A DNA stretch of 64,000 nucleotides, taken from the NCBI GenBank assembly GCA_034530615.2, contig JAVRCV020000032.1:1-64000 (forward strand), given 5' to 3'. The DNA comes from Aulosira sp. ZfuVER01 (GTDB taxonomy: Bacteria > Cyanobacteriota > Cyanobacteriia > Cyanobacteriales > Nostocaceae). The translations under genes were made by a program, and so were the position numbers. Below are positions 51,001-60,389 of the stretch, in pieces. The notes under the pieces were generated by a model. It did no database searches, was not told the DNA's origin, and saw only the letters and a program-made list of their open reading frames with translations. Positions within the stretch are counted from its first letter, which is position 1. Each line of letters begins with the position of its first letter.

Positions 51001-53101
51001 CGCCGATCAAGTAGGCATTGCGATCGCCCAAGCCCAATTATTAGAAGTAGAAACTCAACAGCGACAAGAATTAGAAGTGGCTCGTCGTCAAGCAGAGTTG
51101 GCTTCTCAAGCCAAAAGTGCTTTTTTAGCCAATATGAGTCATGAAATCCGAACTCCCATGAATGCTGTATTGGGGATGACTGGCTTGATGTTGGAAACTC
51201 CCCTCAACCAAGAACAGCGAGATTTCATGGAGACAATTCGCATTAGCGGCGATGCTCTTTTAAGCCTGATTAACGAGATTTTGGATCTATCCAAACTTGA
51301 AGCTGGGGAAATGGCTTTAGAAACTCTGAATTTTGATTTATCAACTTGTGTGGAAGAGGTGTTAGATTTATTAGCCCCCCAAGCTCATAAGAAGGGATTA
51401 GAAATTGCCGCGTTGATTTATCGCAACGTTCCGACTCACCTGCAAGGCGATGCTACCCGTCTCCGACAAATTTTGATGAACCTGATTAGTAATGCGATCA
51501 AGTTCACCAGTAATGGAGAGGTAGTAGTACGAGCCGAATTGCGATCGGAAACTACCACTACAGCTAATATCCGCTTTACCATCACCGATACTGGTCTTGG
51601 CATTACCACCAAAGACCAAAGCAAACTGTTTACCCCATTTACCCAGGTAGATGCTTCTACTACTCGCAAGTATGGTGGCACTGGTTTGGGATTGGCTATC
51701 TGTAAACAATTAGTAACTTTGATGGGAGGAGAAATTGGAGTAGAAAGTCAGTTAGGCGAAGGCTCGAAGTTTTGGTTTGAGATTCCTTTTGCCAAGCAAC
51801 AAGAGCCTGTTACTACGATAGATGACTGTGGAATACTGAGCGATCGCCGTTTGTTAGTGGTTGATGACAATGCCACTAATCGCAAAATTATTTACCATCA
51901 AGCTACCCGTTGGGGAATGCAAGTAGATAAAGCTGATAGTGCTGAGGCTGCCTTGAGCGCTATGCTAACAGCTTGCCAGCAAAACAAACCTTATGATGTT
52001 GTCTTAATTGATATGCAGATGCCCCGAATAAATGGTCTGGAATTGGGAGAACAAATTAAGGCCAATTTTGCTATTGCTAAAACACCTTTAATTATGCTTA
52101 CTTCTACTAATCAACGAGATGAAGTACATCGGGCGCTCAACATAGGATTTGCTGCTTATTTAGTCAAACCCATTAAAGCATCACGACTCCTCGATACGAT
52201 TATGAATGTTTTAGAAACTAAAGGTGAACTGGTACAAGAGGAATTGAAAGTTATAATTCAGGAGTGTGGAATGAAAAATTTAGACAAAAAAAATGAGCCT
52301 TTTGCTAGCTCGCCTAAGTTAAGAATCTTACTAGCTGAAGATAATTTAGTAAATCAAAAAGTAGCATTAAAGCAACTACAAAGTCTTGGCTATACTGCTG
52401 ATGTAGCTGCCAATGGTCAAGAAGTTCTGCAACTATTAGAAATAGTTCCTTACGATTTGATTTTAATGGATTGCCAAATGCCAGTCCTCGACGGTTTGGA
52501 AACTACAAAAGAAATTCATCGTCGGCAAGAGAGCTTCTTTGCCAACCATCGTCGTCCTATAGTAATTGCGATGACTGCTAATGCCATGAAAGAAGACAGA
52601 CAAATGTGCCTAGATGCAGGAATGGATGACTATATAAGTAAGCCTGTCATCAAAGAAAATTTGGCAATAAAATTAGAACATTGGAACCAGTTTCTCCTAG
52701 AGACACGAGAGGTAATTACGTTAGAGAATCCAGTTTCTCCGATAGAAGAAATTGATATACACAATCTACCAATTGATTGGCAACACTTACATCAAATTTC
52801 CGAAAATGATGCCGAATTTGAATTACATTTGTTGCAATTATTTGTAGAAGATGTTACATCTCGTTTGGACTTAATTAAAGTGGCGATCGCTGCTCGTGAT
52901 TTTCCGCAAATGGCGAAAGAAGCCCATCAGATTAAAGGTGCTAGCGCCAATATAGGGGCTACAACTATGTATCTAGCTGCTGACAAACTAGAACAATTAG
53001 CTCACAAGCAAGAGCGTAGAGGCACTACCGAATTAATCACAGAGATAGAAGAAGTTTTTAATCATATTCAAAGCTTTGTCATAGCAAGCCAGAAGCTGTA
53101 A
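48044..53101 (+). CDS. Hybrid histidine kinase GAF-CHASE3-PAS-PAS-GAF-GAF-HK-REC-REC-Hpt
   Basis: [23 protein letters not shown]3, [15 protein letters not shown], two REC domains, AHQIKGAS Hpt. Confidence 0.95.
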   Translation: MTAPLPDNEAQRIEALLEYKVLDTPSEAAFDDLTRLASYICGTPIALVSLVEKNRQWFKSKIGLDALETPRDIAFCAHAIVQSDVFTVPDATADERFAANPLVTSDPNIRFYAGVPLTNPEGYALGTLCVIDYVPRNLTPEQVEALKILGRQVIKQMELRRNLANLVLVTNRRKQVEKIRKHFFKRVAGGFGLASVILVLIGLVSYRSTTVLINSNNQVKTTQETINSLEALLSHIQDAETGQRGYILTGQERYLKPYQATLAEVEQEIENLRNLTADKYQQQQIEVLKPLLAAKLNELKQTIELRQQKGFDAALQLILTDRGKNLMDDIRKVISDMEQQERKLLQQRSLIVKASANNTISIIAIAICSSFLTLGVIYYLIYREFTQRKVVEDTLHEERNFISAVLDTVSALVIVLNPQGQIVRFNQACEQITGYSFDEVRDRYFWNLFLVPEEVEPVKAIFEKLRAGHITPNSQNYENYWKTKDGSLRLISWSNTILQDYEGSVEYLIGTGIDITESKQAEVALRESKRFAESVTENTTSMIYVLDLDTLTGVYANKNLAEFVGYNPEDAAKIGANLLPTIIHPDDLQIRMVYYQQFPNIPDGEIVEFEQRVKHINGEWRWLWHRETVFKRRADGTPHQVMGTAQDITERKRAQKHLTAQYAITRVLAESNSISEATPQILQAICESLGWDVSEIWMVNQQANVLDFLDLWHRASLEMQVFKTLSQEITFAPGIGLPGHVWASGEPVWLIDVVSDINFLRNQIAQQIGLHGAFGFPIRSEKKILGVITCFSHQIQQYDQDLAKIMNSIGELVGQFIQRKQAKEELQRQNLRSQLFTEITLKIRQSLQIEEILQITVTEVQKILQTDRVLIYQLSPDGCGSILIEAVVADWPAIKAQNSADSYLQTEYQQQYSLQQYRQKQIDAIADLDAIVIQQSHLEFLQKLGVKANLVIPILVKEELCGLLIVHQCASPRQWSSFETHLLRQIADQVGIAIAQAQLLEVETQQRQELEVARRQAELASQAKSAFLANMSHEIRTPMNAVLGMTGLMLETPLNQEQRDFMETIRISGDALLSLINEILDLSKLEAGEMALETLNFDLSTCVEEVLDLLAPQAHKKGLEIAALIYRNVPTHLQGDATRLRQILMNLISNAIKFTSNGEVVVRAELRSETTTTANIRFTITDTGLGITTKDQSKLFTPFTQVDASTTRKYGGTGLGLAICKQLVTLMGGEIGVESQLGEGSKFWFEIPFAKQQEPVTTIDDCGILSDRRLLVVDDNATNRKIIYHQATRWGMQVDKADSAEAALSAMLTACQQNKPYDVVLIDMQMPRINGLELGEQIKANFAIAKTPLIMLTSTNQRDEVHRALNIGFAAYLVKPIKASRLLDTIMNVLETKGELVQEELKVIIQECGMKNLDKKNEPFASSPKLRILLAEDNLVNQKVALKQLQSLGYTADVAANGQEVLQLLEIVPYDLILMDCQMPVLDGLETTKEIHRRQESFFANHRRPIVIAMTANAMKEDRQMCLDAGMDDYISKPVIKENLAIKLEHWNQFLLETREVITLENPVSPIEEIDIHNLPIDWQHLHQISENDAEFELHLLQLFVEDVTSRLDLIKVAIAARDFPQMAKEAHQIKGASANIGATTMYLAADKLEQLAHKQERRGTTELITEIEEVFNHIQSFVIASQKL

Positions 53102-53154
53102 GTTACATATTGAATTAAGGTATTAGTGACAAGTTAAGAATTACTAGAAATAAT

Positions 53155-55764
53155 CTACAGCCAGTTCCCAACTAAAATATAAGGTGCCCAGTAAACTGGA
53201 TGCTCATATTGGGGATCTTTTAAAAGAGCTATTTGGGAACGGCGTAAAGCTTCTGCTTTGGTTTGTTGGCTGCTGCTTAAATTCTTATAAAAATAACGCA
53301 TCAAATTGGCTGTGGCCTCATCATTGACAGACCATAATGTTGCTAAGGTGCTATTAGCTCCTGCTCTGACAGCTATTCCAGCTAATCCTAAAGCAGCTCG
53401 TTTATCTCCTGTTGCAGTTTCACAAGCACTAAGAACCAGCAGTTCGACTGTTTGCCGCTTTTTCTGTTCAGGTATTTGTAGTAGGTTATCTAATTCATTA
53501 ATCCTGATTCGTTCATCCCAAGCCAAAATAAATGTTTCCATTGCCTTCGAGCTAAACTTTCCATGAGTAGCAATGTGAACAATGGGGAAAAAAGAAGATT
53601 TCAGAGAATTTTTGAGATTATTGCTAGTAAATTCCTCATTTAATAGCACCGTGCTGGGTACTTCCGATTTGATTTCCTTGAGTTCCTCTTCCACATAATC
53701 TAAGGGAGAAAAGCCTTGTCGTGCTTCAGTTAAGCCAGCACTAAGTACTTTAAAGTTGCGCTGTTGCAACCTTTTAGGCGGTAGTAACTGTAGACTTGGT
53801 GTTAAAGCGATACTATATTTTTCAATCAAATATTGCTTTCCGTCGTGCAAAGCTGCAATCGGAATATTTCGTAATACACCGTCTGGTACAAACACTAAGG
53901 TTTTAATGCCACTTTTTGCTAGCTCGGTTTCTACTGGACGAATCAGCCAATCATATACTTGTTGAGATAACGGCAGAAAGTCTTGTTTGGAGCGAATGAC
54001 TAAATTTTTACGTAGTTTTTCTACAATGGTCTCTAGCTGATCTTCAGGCAAAATAGTCGCATAATGGCGTAGCGGTTGTTGCGGCAAGCTGAGAATTACT
54101 TCTAATCGATCTGCCAAAATGATGGGATAGATCACTCCTGCTAAAGGATCTAAGCGATCGATTTGAGTGTATTTTCTATCTAAACAAGCTTCACGAAGAA
54201 AATCATCCAGTTCTGCTAATTGTAAAGACTCAATAACTTGACGGGCTTGGGTGAGAGATTGTTGGCTGGGTTGTGAGTTGTCAGTTTTGAGAAGCAAACT
54301 GACTAGTTCCCGGTAAACAGGTTCTACACTATCCCGAAAACTAAATTGAATGTCTGGATCGATCGCAACCAGATCGCTACGCAAGGATTGTAGAGTATTT
54401 ACAGCTTGAGTATAAGCAGCGATTGCTCCTGGCATATCTCCTTGAACTTGCAAAAGTCGTCCTAACTGCCATTGCCAACGATAGGCAATTTCTGGTGTAT
54501 TAATAGCTTGGGCAAGTACAAGCGCTTGCTCAGTAAGTTCTTGGGCAATTTTCCACTGCTGATTTTGTTCGTAAAGCCTACCAAGTTTACCCAGTGCGTA
54601 AGCTTCTGCTTGCTTGTCTCCCAAACTTTTTGCTTGTTGTAGGTTATTTGCTACTAATTGGGCAATACTTGCTGCGGTGGGAACATCGGGAAGATTTGCT
54701 TGTTTGAGGCGAATTAGACTCTGGGCTAAGTTAAGTTGAGCATAAATCGCCCCACGACTTGGAGGTAAATTAGCTAATTGAGGTTGAATTTGATTCCAGA
54801 TTGTCTGAGCAGATGCCCATTTTTCTCGATCCAGTAAAATGCTCAGTTGATTCAATTGCGATCGCATTTTTAAGATTGGGGAAGGTGCAATCGCTGTAGC
54901 TTGTTGATAAAAAGCCAAAGCCGAATCGGAATCTTGGTTTGCACGGGCGACATTTCCCAAATCGATCAATGCCGCACTAATCTCTACTGGTAATTGTAAC
55001 TTTTGCGCGATCGCCAAGCTTTGTTGCAAAACCTGCTGTGCTTGTTCTAAATTTCCTACTAAGCGCAGGCTAGAACCCAAACTGCGTAAGCCAGCAGTTT
55101 TGAGTGCCGAATCAGGTTGTTTCTGGAGAATTTGATTTACCTGAGTCAAGGTAGATAAAGCTCGACGGTATAACCCTAAAGCCTTCAAAGCCTGAGATTG
55201 GTTAATCAGACTGCGAATCACGCCTGTTTCATTCTCTGCTTTAGTATATGTAGCAGTAGCTTTTTGCCAAGTGGCTAACGCTGCTTCAGATTTGCCAGTA
55301 GCTAACTCTAGACTTCCTTGATTGTTCAAGGTTTGAGCTAAGACGTTTAACTCTGCTTGTGTACTGCCACCTTTTGCGGGTAACAATTTTAGACTGGTAG
55401 AAATTGCTTGAGTAGCTTCCAACCACTGCCCTAATTGTTGATAACTTAACGAAAGATTATTTAGTACTCTAGCTTGGTTGAGCCAATTTCCTTGTGACTG
55501 ATAAATCTGTAAAACCTGTTGCCAGATTTTAATTGCTGCCAAAAACTGCCCAGCTTCGTAGTATTGTCTACCCTGCTGCTCTTGCTGTGCTGTATTGGAT
55601 AATTCCTCAACCATCAATGATGGTACAGAATCATGGGCAGCAACAGGAACTAATGTTCCTACTAAGGTAAACAGGCTGAAAACTAACCCTAAAAATATAC
55701 CAAGTAAAAATCCTATTAAACGAATGTGTATTCGTCTTAAATATCTTCGGAAATTAATGTGCAT
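53155..55764 (-). CDS. TPR-CHAT (caspase-like) protein
   Basis: TPRs, then VHIATHG, LVLSACET, ATLWSVND, HPVYWAPYILVGNW. Confidence 0.93.
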   Translation of the reverse strand: MHINFRRYLRRIHIRLIGFLLGIFLGLVFSLFTLVGTLVPVAAHDSVPSLMVEELSNTAQQEQQGRQYYEAGQFLAAIKIWQQVLQIYQSQGNWLNQARVLNNLSLSYQQLGQWLEATQAISTSLKLLPAKGGSTQAELNVLAQTLNNQGSLELATGKSEAALATWQKATATYTKAENETGVIRSLINQSQALKALGLYRRALSTLTQVNQILQKQPDSALKTAGLRSLGSSLRLVGNLEQAQQVLQQSLAIAQKLQLPVEISAALIDLGNVARANQDSDSALAFYQQATAIAPSPILKMRSQLNQLSILLDREKWASAQTIWNQIQPQLANLPPSRGAIYAQLNLAQSLIRLKQANLPDVPTAASIAQLVANNLQQAKSLGDKQAEAYALGKLGRLYEQNQQWKIAQELTEQALVLAQAINTPEIAYRWQWQLGRLLQVQGDMPGAIAAYTQAVNTLQSLRSDLVAIDPDIQFSFRDSVEPVYRELVSLLLKTDNSQPSQQSLTQARQVIESLQLAELDDFLREACLDRKYTQIDRLDPLAGVIYPIILADRLEVILSLPQQPLRHYATILPEDQLETIVEKLRKNLVIRSKQDFLPLSQQVYDWLIRPVETELAKSGIKTLVFVPDGVLRNIPIAALHDGKQYLIEKYSIALTPSLQLLPPKRLQQRNFKVLSAGLTEARQGFSPLDYVEEELKEIKSEVPSTVLLNEEFTSNNLKNSLKSSFFPIVHIATHGKFSSKAMETFILAWDERIRINELDNLLQIPEQKKRQTVELLVLSACETATGDKRAALGLAGIAVRAGANSTLATLWSVNDEATANLMRYFYKNLSSSQQTKAEALRRSQIALLKDPQYEHPVYWAPYILVGNWL

Positions 55765-55847
55765 AAATAGTTAATATGGATAGGCAGCAGGAGAGAATAA
55801 TTTGTTTGTAGTCAGGACTTTAGCACTTACTACATAATCCTCCCCTT

Positions 55848-55929
55848 ATACCAATTCGCCAAAATCAAGCAACAGATGCAAACCGTAAAACCCGATTGCA
55901 CCTAATGCCTCGTAATTTTGAATTGGTAT
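55848..55929. mobile_element. Short MITE-like repeat with ATACCAATTC terminal inverted repeats
   Basis: ATACCAATTC (55848) ... GAATTGGTAT (55920-55929); GAATTGGTAT also occurs near 31526. Confidence 0.6.
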
Positions 55930-56480
55930 TACCCTCTTTGATTATGTGGATGTTTCTCCCAATCAAAGATTTCTTTATCTGGAATACCAGACTTGCGCCA
56001 CGTTATCCTTCCCCGCAACGTATCGAGCAATGTTTGTTCGATCGCATTAGGTAAGTTTTCCCAGCACAAATCTGCATCTTGGAGTAAGATTTTAAGTTCT
56101 TGTAAAGCAGCTAGCGCTGCATTTTCTTCCTGAAAATCAAGAAAATCTTCTGCACGCAAGGGATCTTGTTGTACAGCGATAAGTGCCTGCCGTACAGCCG
56201 TGGCAACTTTCTGCTGAAACTCGGTTTTACCACGATGTAATTGTCGCTGCCAACCTCTTTTGCTAGTAGCATACAAAGCAGGAAGACGATTTAATGCGTA
56301 GGCAGTCACCTCAGATGGGTTGATGTATTTGGCAGTTTTAGCGGGTAAAGATTGGATCTGCAACTCCACCTCTGTAACCACTAACACTTCCATCACATTG
56401 CGAGAGTTTTTTAAGAATGCATGTCGTTTGGATGGCTGAATTGCAGAATCCACTGAAGAATCATCAAAGAAACTCCTCAT
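55929..56480 (-). CDS. ComFB-family protein
   Basis: NVMEVLV..EV, AYALNRLPALYATS..GW, V..DPLR. Confidence 0.85.
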   Translation of the reverse strand: MRSFFDDSSVDSAIQPSKRHAFLKNSRNVMEVLVVTEVELQIQSLPAKTAKYINPSEVTAYALNRLPALYATSKRGWQRQLHRGKTEFQQKVATAVRQALIAVQQDPLRAEDFLDFQEENAALAALQELKILLQDADLCWENLPNAIEQTLLDTLRGRITWRKSGIPDKEIFDWEKHPHNQRG

Positions 56481-56896
56481 AGAATCAAGATCGTTGAAAC
56501 TAAAGCTTATGGCTCTATATTGCCCGTTGTTTGCATTTAGCTAACACGTTGGCTTACTTTTTTTCAAGCTGGAAACCTGCCCACGATCCATTACAGTGTG
56601 TACACACATCTCAAAGCCTATCAGCCTAAAAGAATATCGTGGATAGGATTTGTATTTACACAATAGATGCATCCTCCGGGAACAAAATTACATAGGTGTA
56701 CATCTAAAAAATTGATTGATATAAATTTAATACGTGTATATACTGAAAACACGCATTTTCTCGCTAATAAATATCAAAATAAGGTTCGTATATTTGATAT
56801 GTAAAGTGCATATTTAAGTAGTTTAACTGGACTATTTAAAACTATGATGAATTAAACTAATTAAATGTACTATTTAGCTAAGATTTAGGCTATTTA

Positions 56897-57673
56897 TTGA
56901 ATAAGGAAACTTACATTTTAGTTGTTCAATTACCTATTTGGCTGATGCTAGATAAAAATCTGAAAAACCAGGCATTTACGGCTATTTGCTTAACATCGCT
57001 ATTGACATTCTCATGGGCAGTTCCCCAAACAGTTCTGGCATCTGAAGATAAGCCAAGAGAGGGTTTACCTGGACGCAGAATTGGAGGGGGAACACGTGGA
57101 GAATGTTTTAGTAATGTGGGGCGATTAATGGCATTAATCCCAGAAACTAATGTGGGATTTACCAAAAAAGCATATCCCAACTTTTTGTTCTATTTACCAC
57201 AAACCTCCGCACCAACAATGGTGGAGTTTGTTTTGCAAGATGAGAATCGTCATTCAGTTTATGAGACAACTTTCACCAAAACTAATGCTGGTGGAGTCAT
57301 AAATTTTAGCTTACCTGGTTCTAAGTCTTTACCGCCTCTTGCTACTGGTAAGAAATACAATTGGTATGTGTCAATGATTTGCGATCCTGAAAACAGAGCA
57401 AACGATATTGTCGTGCATGGTTGGGTTCAAAGAGTAGAACTAGACTCGAACCTGACTAAAAAGCTAGAGCAAACATCGCCTGTAGAGCGTGTTAATTTAT
57501 ATGCCAAAGCCGGACTTTGGCAAGATGCACTAGGGACACTAGCAGAACTCAGAACAACTCAACCTAATAATTTTAGGCTCACTGCTAATTGGACAGAGCT
57601 ATTAAAGTCAGAGAAATTAGATGCGATCGCACAAGAGCCTTTTTTGAATATTAAAGTCCAACCCAGCCCTTAA
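56897..57673 (+). CDS. DUF928 protein
   Basis: PGRRIGGGTRG, FLFYLP, GKKYNW...ICDP, GWVQR, YAKAGLWQDAL; true start may be at 56945. Confidence 0.88.
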   Translation: MNKETYILVVQLPIWLMLDKNLKNQAFTAICLTSLLTFSWAVPQTVLASEDKPREGLPGRRIGGGTRGECFSNVGRLMALIPETNVGFTKKAYPNFLFYLPQTSAPTMVEFVLQDENRHSVYETTFTKTNAGGVINFSLPGSKSLPPLATGKKYNWYVSMICDPENRANDIVVHGWVQRVELDSNLTKKLEQTSPVERVNLYAKAGLWQDALGTLAELRTTQPNNFRLTANWTELLKSEKLDAIAQEPFLNIKVQPSP

Positions 57674-57801
57674 TTATCAATAAACTAGGTTTTTTGAGAG
57701 TTCCTAATCTACTAAAAAATCTTTTTTGCTAGACCATCCAAAACCTAGATATCAGTTTTTAATCAATTTCAAACAATCCATTCTATGAATCTAATGTTTT
57801 T

Positions 57802-60369
57802 GTGATTGCTAAATATTCCCAAAAGTTCCGGTCATTAGTATACTTAGCGACTCAACACGGTAAGCGTCAAATTAATCTATCACTTACCACACTGAGTTTG
57901 AGGCAATCAGTTGTCATCGCTAGTATTCTCATTACAGGGCTGGTAATGGGTATGAGACAAGTTGGTTGGTTGCAGTTCCTAGAATTGGTCGCCTTTGACC
58001 AAATGGTACGCCTCCAAACTGATGCTGACCCTAACCCAAGACTATTATTAGTCACAATCACAGAAGCCGATCTTAAAGAACTGAAATGGCCAATTAACGA
58101 TCAAACTTTGTCTCAAGTACTAGCAAAGCTACAACAGGCCAAGCCCAAAGCTATTGGTTTAGACATTTATCGTAATCTTCCCCAACCTCCAGGTCATGAA
58201 GCACTGTTTGAGCAACTCCAGGCTCCCAATGTTGTGACCATTACGAAACTTGCAGATCCTGATGGAGAAGGAGTTTCCCCCATTCCCGGACTGCCAGCAG
58301 AACAAATCGGCTTCAACGACCTTGTGGTCGATCCAGATGGAGTTGTGCGTCGGAATTGGATGTATGCCCAAGCAGGGAAGGACAAGTTCTACTCTTTCTC
58401 TTTACAGTTGAGCCTCAAATATCTTGGAAAGTCGAGAGACGATCTAAAAGTTAAGTCAAATGCGCTGCTATTAGGTAACACTGTATTCCCGGCTTTAAGT
58501 ACTGATGCGGGTGGGTATCAAAATATTGATAATGCAGGCTATCAGGTGATGATTTCCTACCGTTCACCTGAAACATTGGCGCGAAAAGTGTCATTGACGC
58601 AAGTCCTGCGAGGTCAGTTTGACCCTAATTGGGTGAAAGACAAGGTAGTGCTAATTGGCACAACTGCTCCTAGTTTAAAGGATCTGTTTTTTACTCCTTA
58701 CAGTGCAGGTAAGACTACAAACCCAGGTATCCCTGGAGTGCTGCTTCATGCTCAACTGGTTAGCCAAATCTTAAACACAACCTTAGATCGACAATCCATA
58801 TTTTGGTTTTGGCCGGAATGGGCAGAATTTCTTTGGATATGGACATGGGCTTTGATTGGGGGTGTATTTGCATGGCGACTTCGCCATCCTCTGTTACTAG
58901 GAGTAGCTGGCGCAATTTCTGCGGTAATTCTATTTGGTATTTGCTTTGGTATATTTACGCAAGCGGGGTGGATACCTTTAGTAGCACCAACACTAGCCTT
59001 AGCGATCGCATCTGGAACTGTTCTAGGCTATAAGCTATTACACCATACATTGCGCGATACTCTAACCGATCTCCCGAATCGCAATCTATTTTTGCAACAA
59101 TTAGAATGGGTAATCGCTGACACGAAGCTTCAGAAAAACTCACGATTTGCCCTGCTATTTTTAGGTATTGACCGCTTTAAGGTAATTAACGAGGGTTTTG
59201 GGCATCAATTTGGCGATCTATTTTTACTCAATGTCAGTCAAAGATTAAAAGCCTGTCTAGGAAATAAAGGCATACTAGCGCGGGTTGGCGGAGATGAATT
59301 TGCTATTTTGCTGAAAAATATTACTGATACTAGCGAAGTAACTTTTATAGCCGACCAGTTACAAAAGGAAATGTCCTTACCCTTCAAGAACAACGGACAA
59401 GAAATATTTACTAGTATCAGCATTGGTATAGCTTTCAATCAAACTGAACTCGACTATCAACCAATAGCTTTGCTGCGAGATGCGCACACAGCTATGTATC
59501 GGGCTAAAGACTTAGGTAAAGGCCGTCATGAAGTCTTTGCCACAGGTATGCATACTCAAGTTGTGAAGCGGTTTCAGTTGGAGATAGATTTGCATCGTGC
59601 CATTGAACAGCAAGAATTTTTTCTCTGCTATCAACCAATTGTCTGCTTAAAAACTAGCAAAATTGTTGGGTTTGAAGCACTTGTGAGATGGCAACATCCT
59701 CAGCATAAATTTGTCTCACCAGCAGAATTTATTCCAGTTACAGAAGAAACGGGACTAATTATTCCTTTAGGGAAGTGGATTTTAAAAGAAGCTTGTCATC
59801 AGTTGTCTGTTTGGCAAGCTCAATTTCCGACAAATCCTCCACTAATGATGAGTATTAACCTATCTGGATATCAGTTGTCGGACGCTAATTTGGTGGAGTA
59901 TATTGAGCAGACTTTCAAGGAAACAGGAATAAATGGACACAGCTTAAAATTAGAAATTACCGAAACTGTAGCCATGAATGATGTTGAAGCTGCAATTAGC
60001 ATCATGCTACAACTGAGAACTTTAAATCTACAACTAAGTATTGATGATTTTGGTACAGGATACTCATCTTTAAGTTATTTGCATCGTTTTCCTGTAAATA
60101 CATTGAAGGTAGATCGCTCTTTTGTCAGTCGAATGGAAGAAACCGATGAAGATGCGTCGATTGTTCAAACCATTATCATGCTCAGTCATGCATTAGGTAT
60201 GAATGTAGTTGCAGAAGGTGTAGAAACTGCTGCACAGCAAGCTAAATTGCAAATTTTGGGTTGTGAGTATGGGCAAGGATATTTCTTTTCTAAGCCTCTA
60301 GATAGCAAAAGTGCAACCGCATTACTAGATAGCAAATTTACACAAAGTTTTCAAGAGGAAGCAGCTTAA
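57802..60369 (+). CDS. CHASE2-GGDEF-EAL protein
   Basis: CHASE2 (IGLDIYR, DPDGVVRR, PGVLLHA), TM helices, GGDEF, EALVRW, DDFGTGYSS, EGVE. Confidence 0.95.
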   Translation: MIAKYSQKFRSLVYLATQHGKRQINLSLTTLSLRQSVVIASILITGLVMGMRQVGWLQFLELVAFDQMVRLQTDADPNPRLLLVTITEADLKELKWPINDQTLSQVLAKLQQAKPKAIGLDIYRNLPQPPGHEALFEQLQAPNVVTITKLADPDGEGVSPIPGLPAEQIGFNDLVVDPDGVVRRNWMYAQAGKDKFYSFSLQLSLKYLGKSRDDLKVKSNALLLGNTVFPALSTDAGGYQNIDNAGYQVMISYRSPETLARKVSLTQVLRGQFDPNWVKDKVVLIGTTAPSLKDLFFTPYSAGKTTNPGIPGVLLHAQLVSQILNTTLDRQSIFWFWPEWAEFLWIWTWALIGGVFAWRLRHPLLLGVAGAISAVILFGICFGIFTQAGWIPLVAPTLALAIASGTVLGYKLLHHTLRDTLTDLPNRNLFLQQLEWVIADTKLQKNSRFALLFLGIDRFKVINEGFGHQFGDLFLLNVSQRLKACLGNKGILARVGGDEFAILLKNITDTSEVTFIADQLQKEMSLPFKNNGQEIFTSISIGIAFNQTELDYQPIALLRDAHTAMYRAKDLGKGRHEVFATGMHTQVVKRFQLEIDLHRAIEQQEFFLCYQPIVCLKTSKIVGFEALVRWQHPQHKFVSPAEFIPVTEETGLIIPLGKWILKEACHQLSVWQAQFPTNPPLMMSINLSGYQLSDANLVEYIEQTFKETGINGHSLKLEITETVAMNDVEAAISIMLQLRTLNLQLSIDDFGTGYSSLSYLHRFPVNTLKVDRSFVSRMEETDEDASIVQTIIMLSHALGMNVVAEGVETAAQQAKLQILGCEYGQGYFFSKPLDSKSATALLDSKFTQSFQEEAA

Positions 60370-60389
60370 TTTTAGGGATTTTTGCCTTT

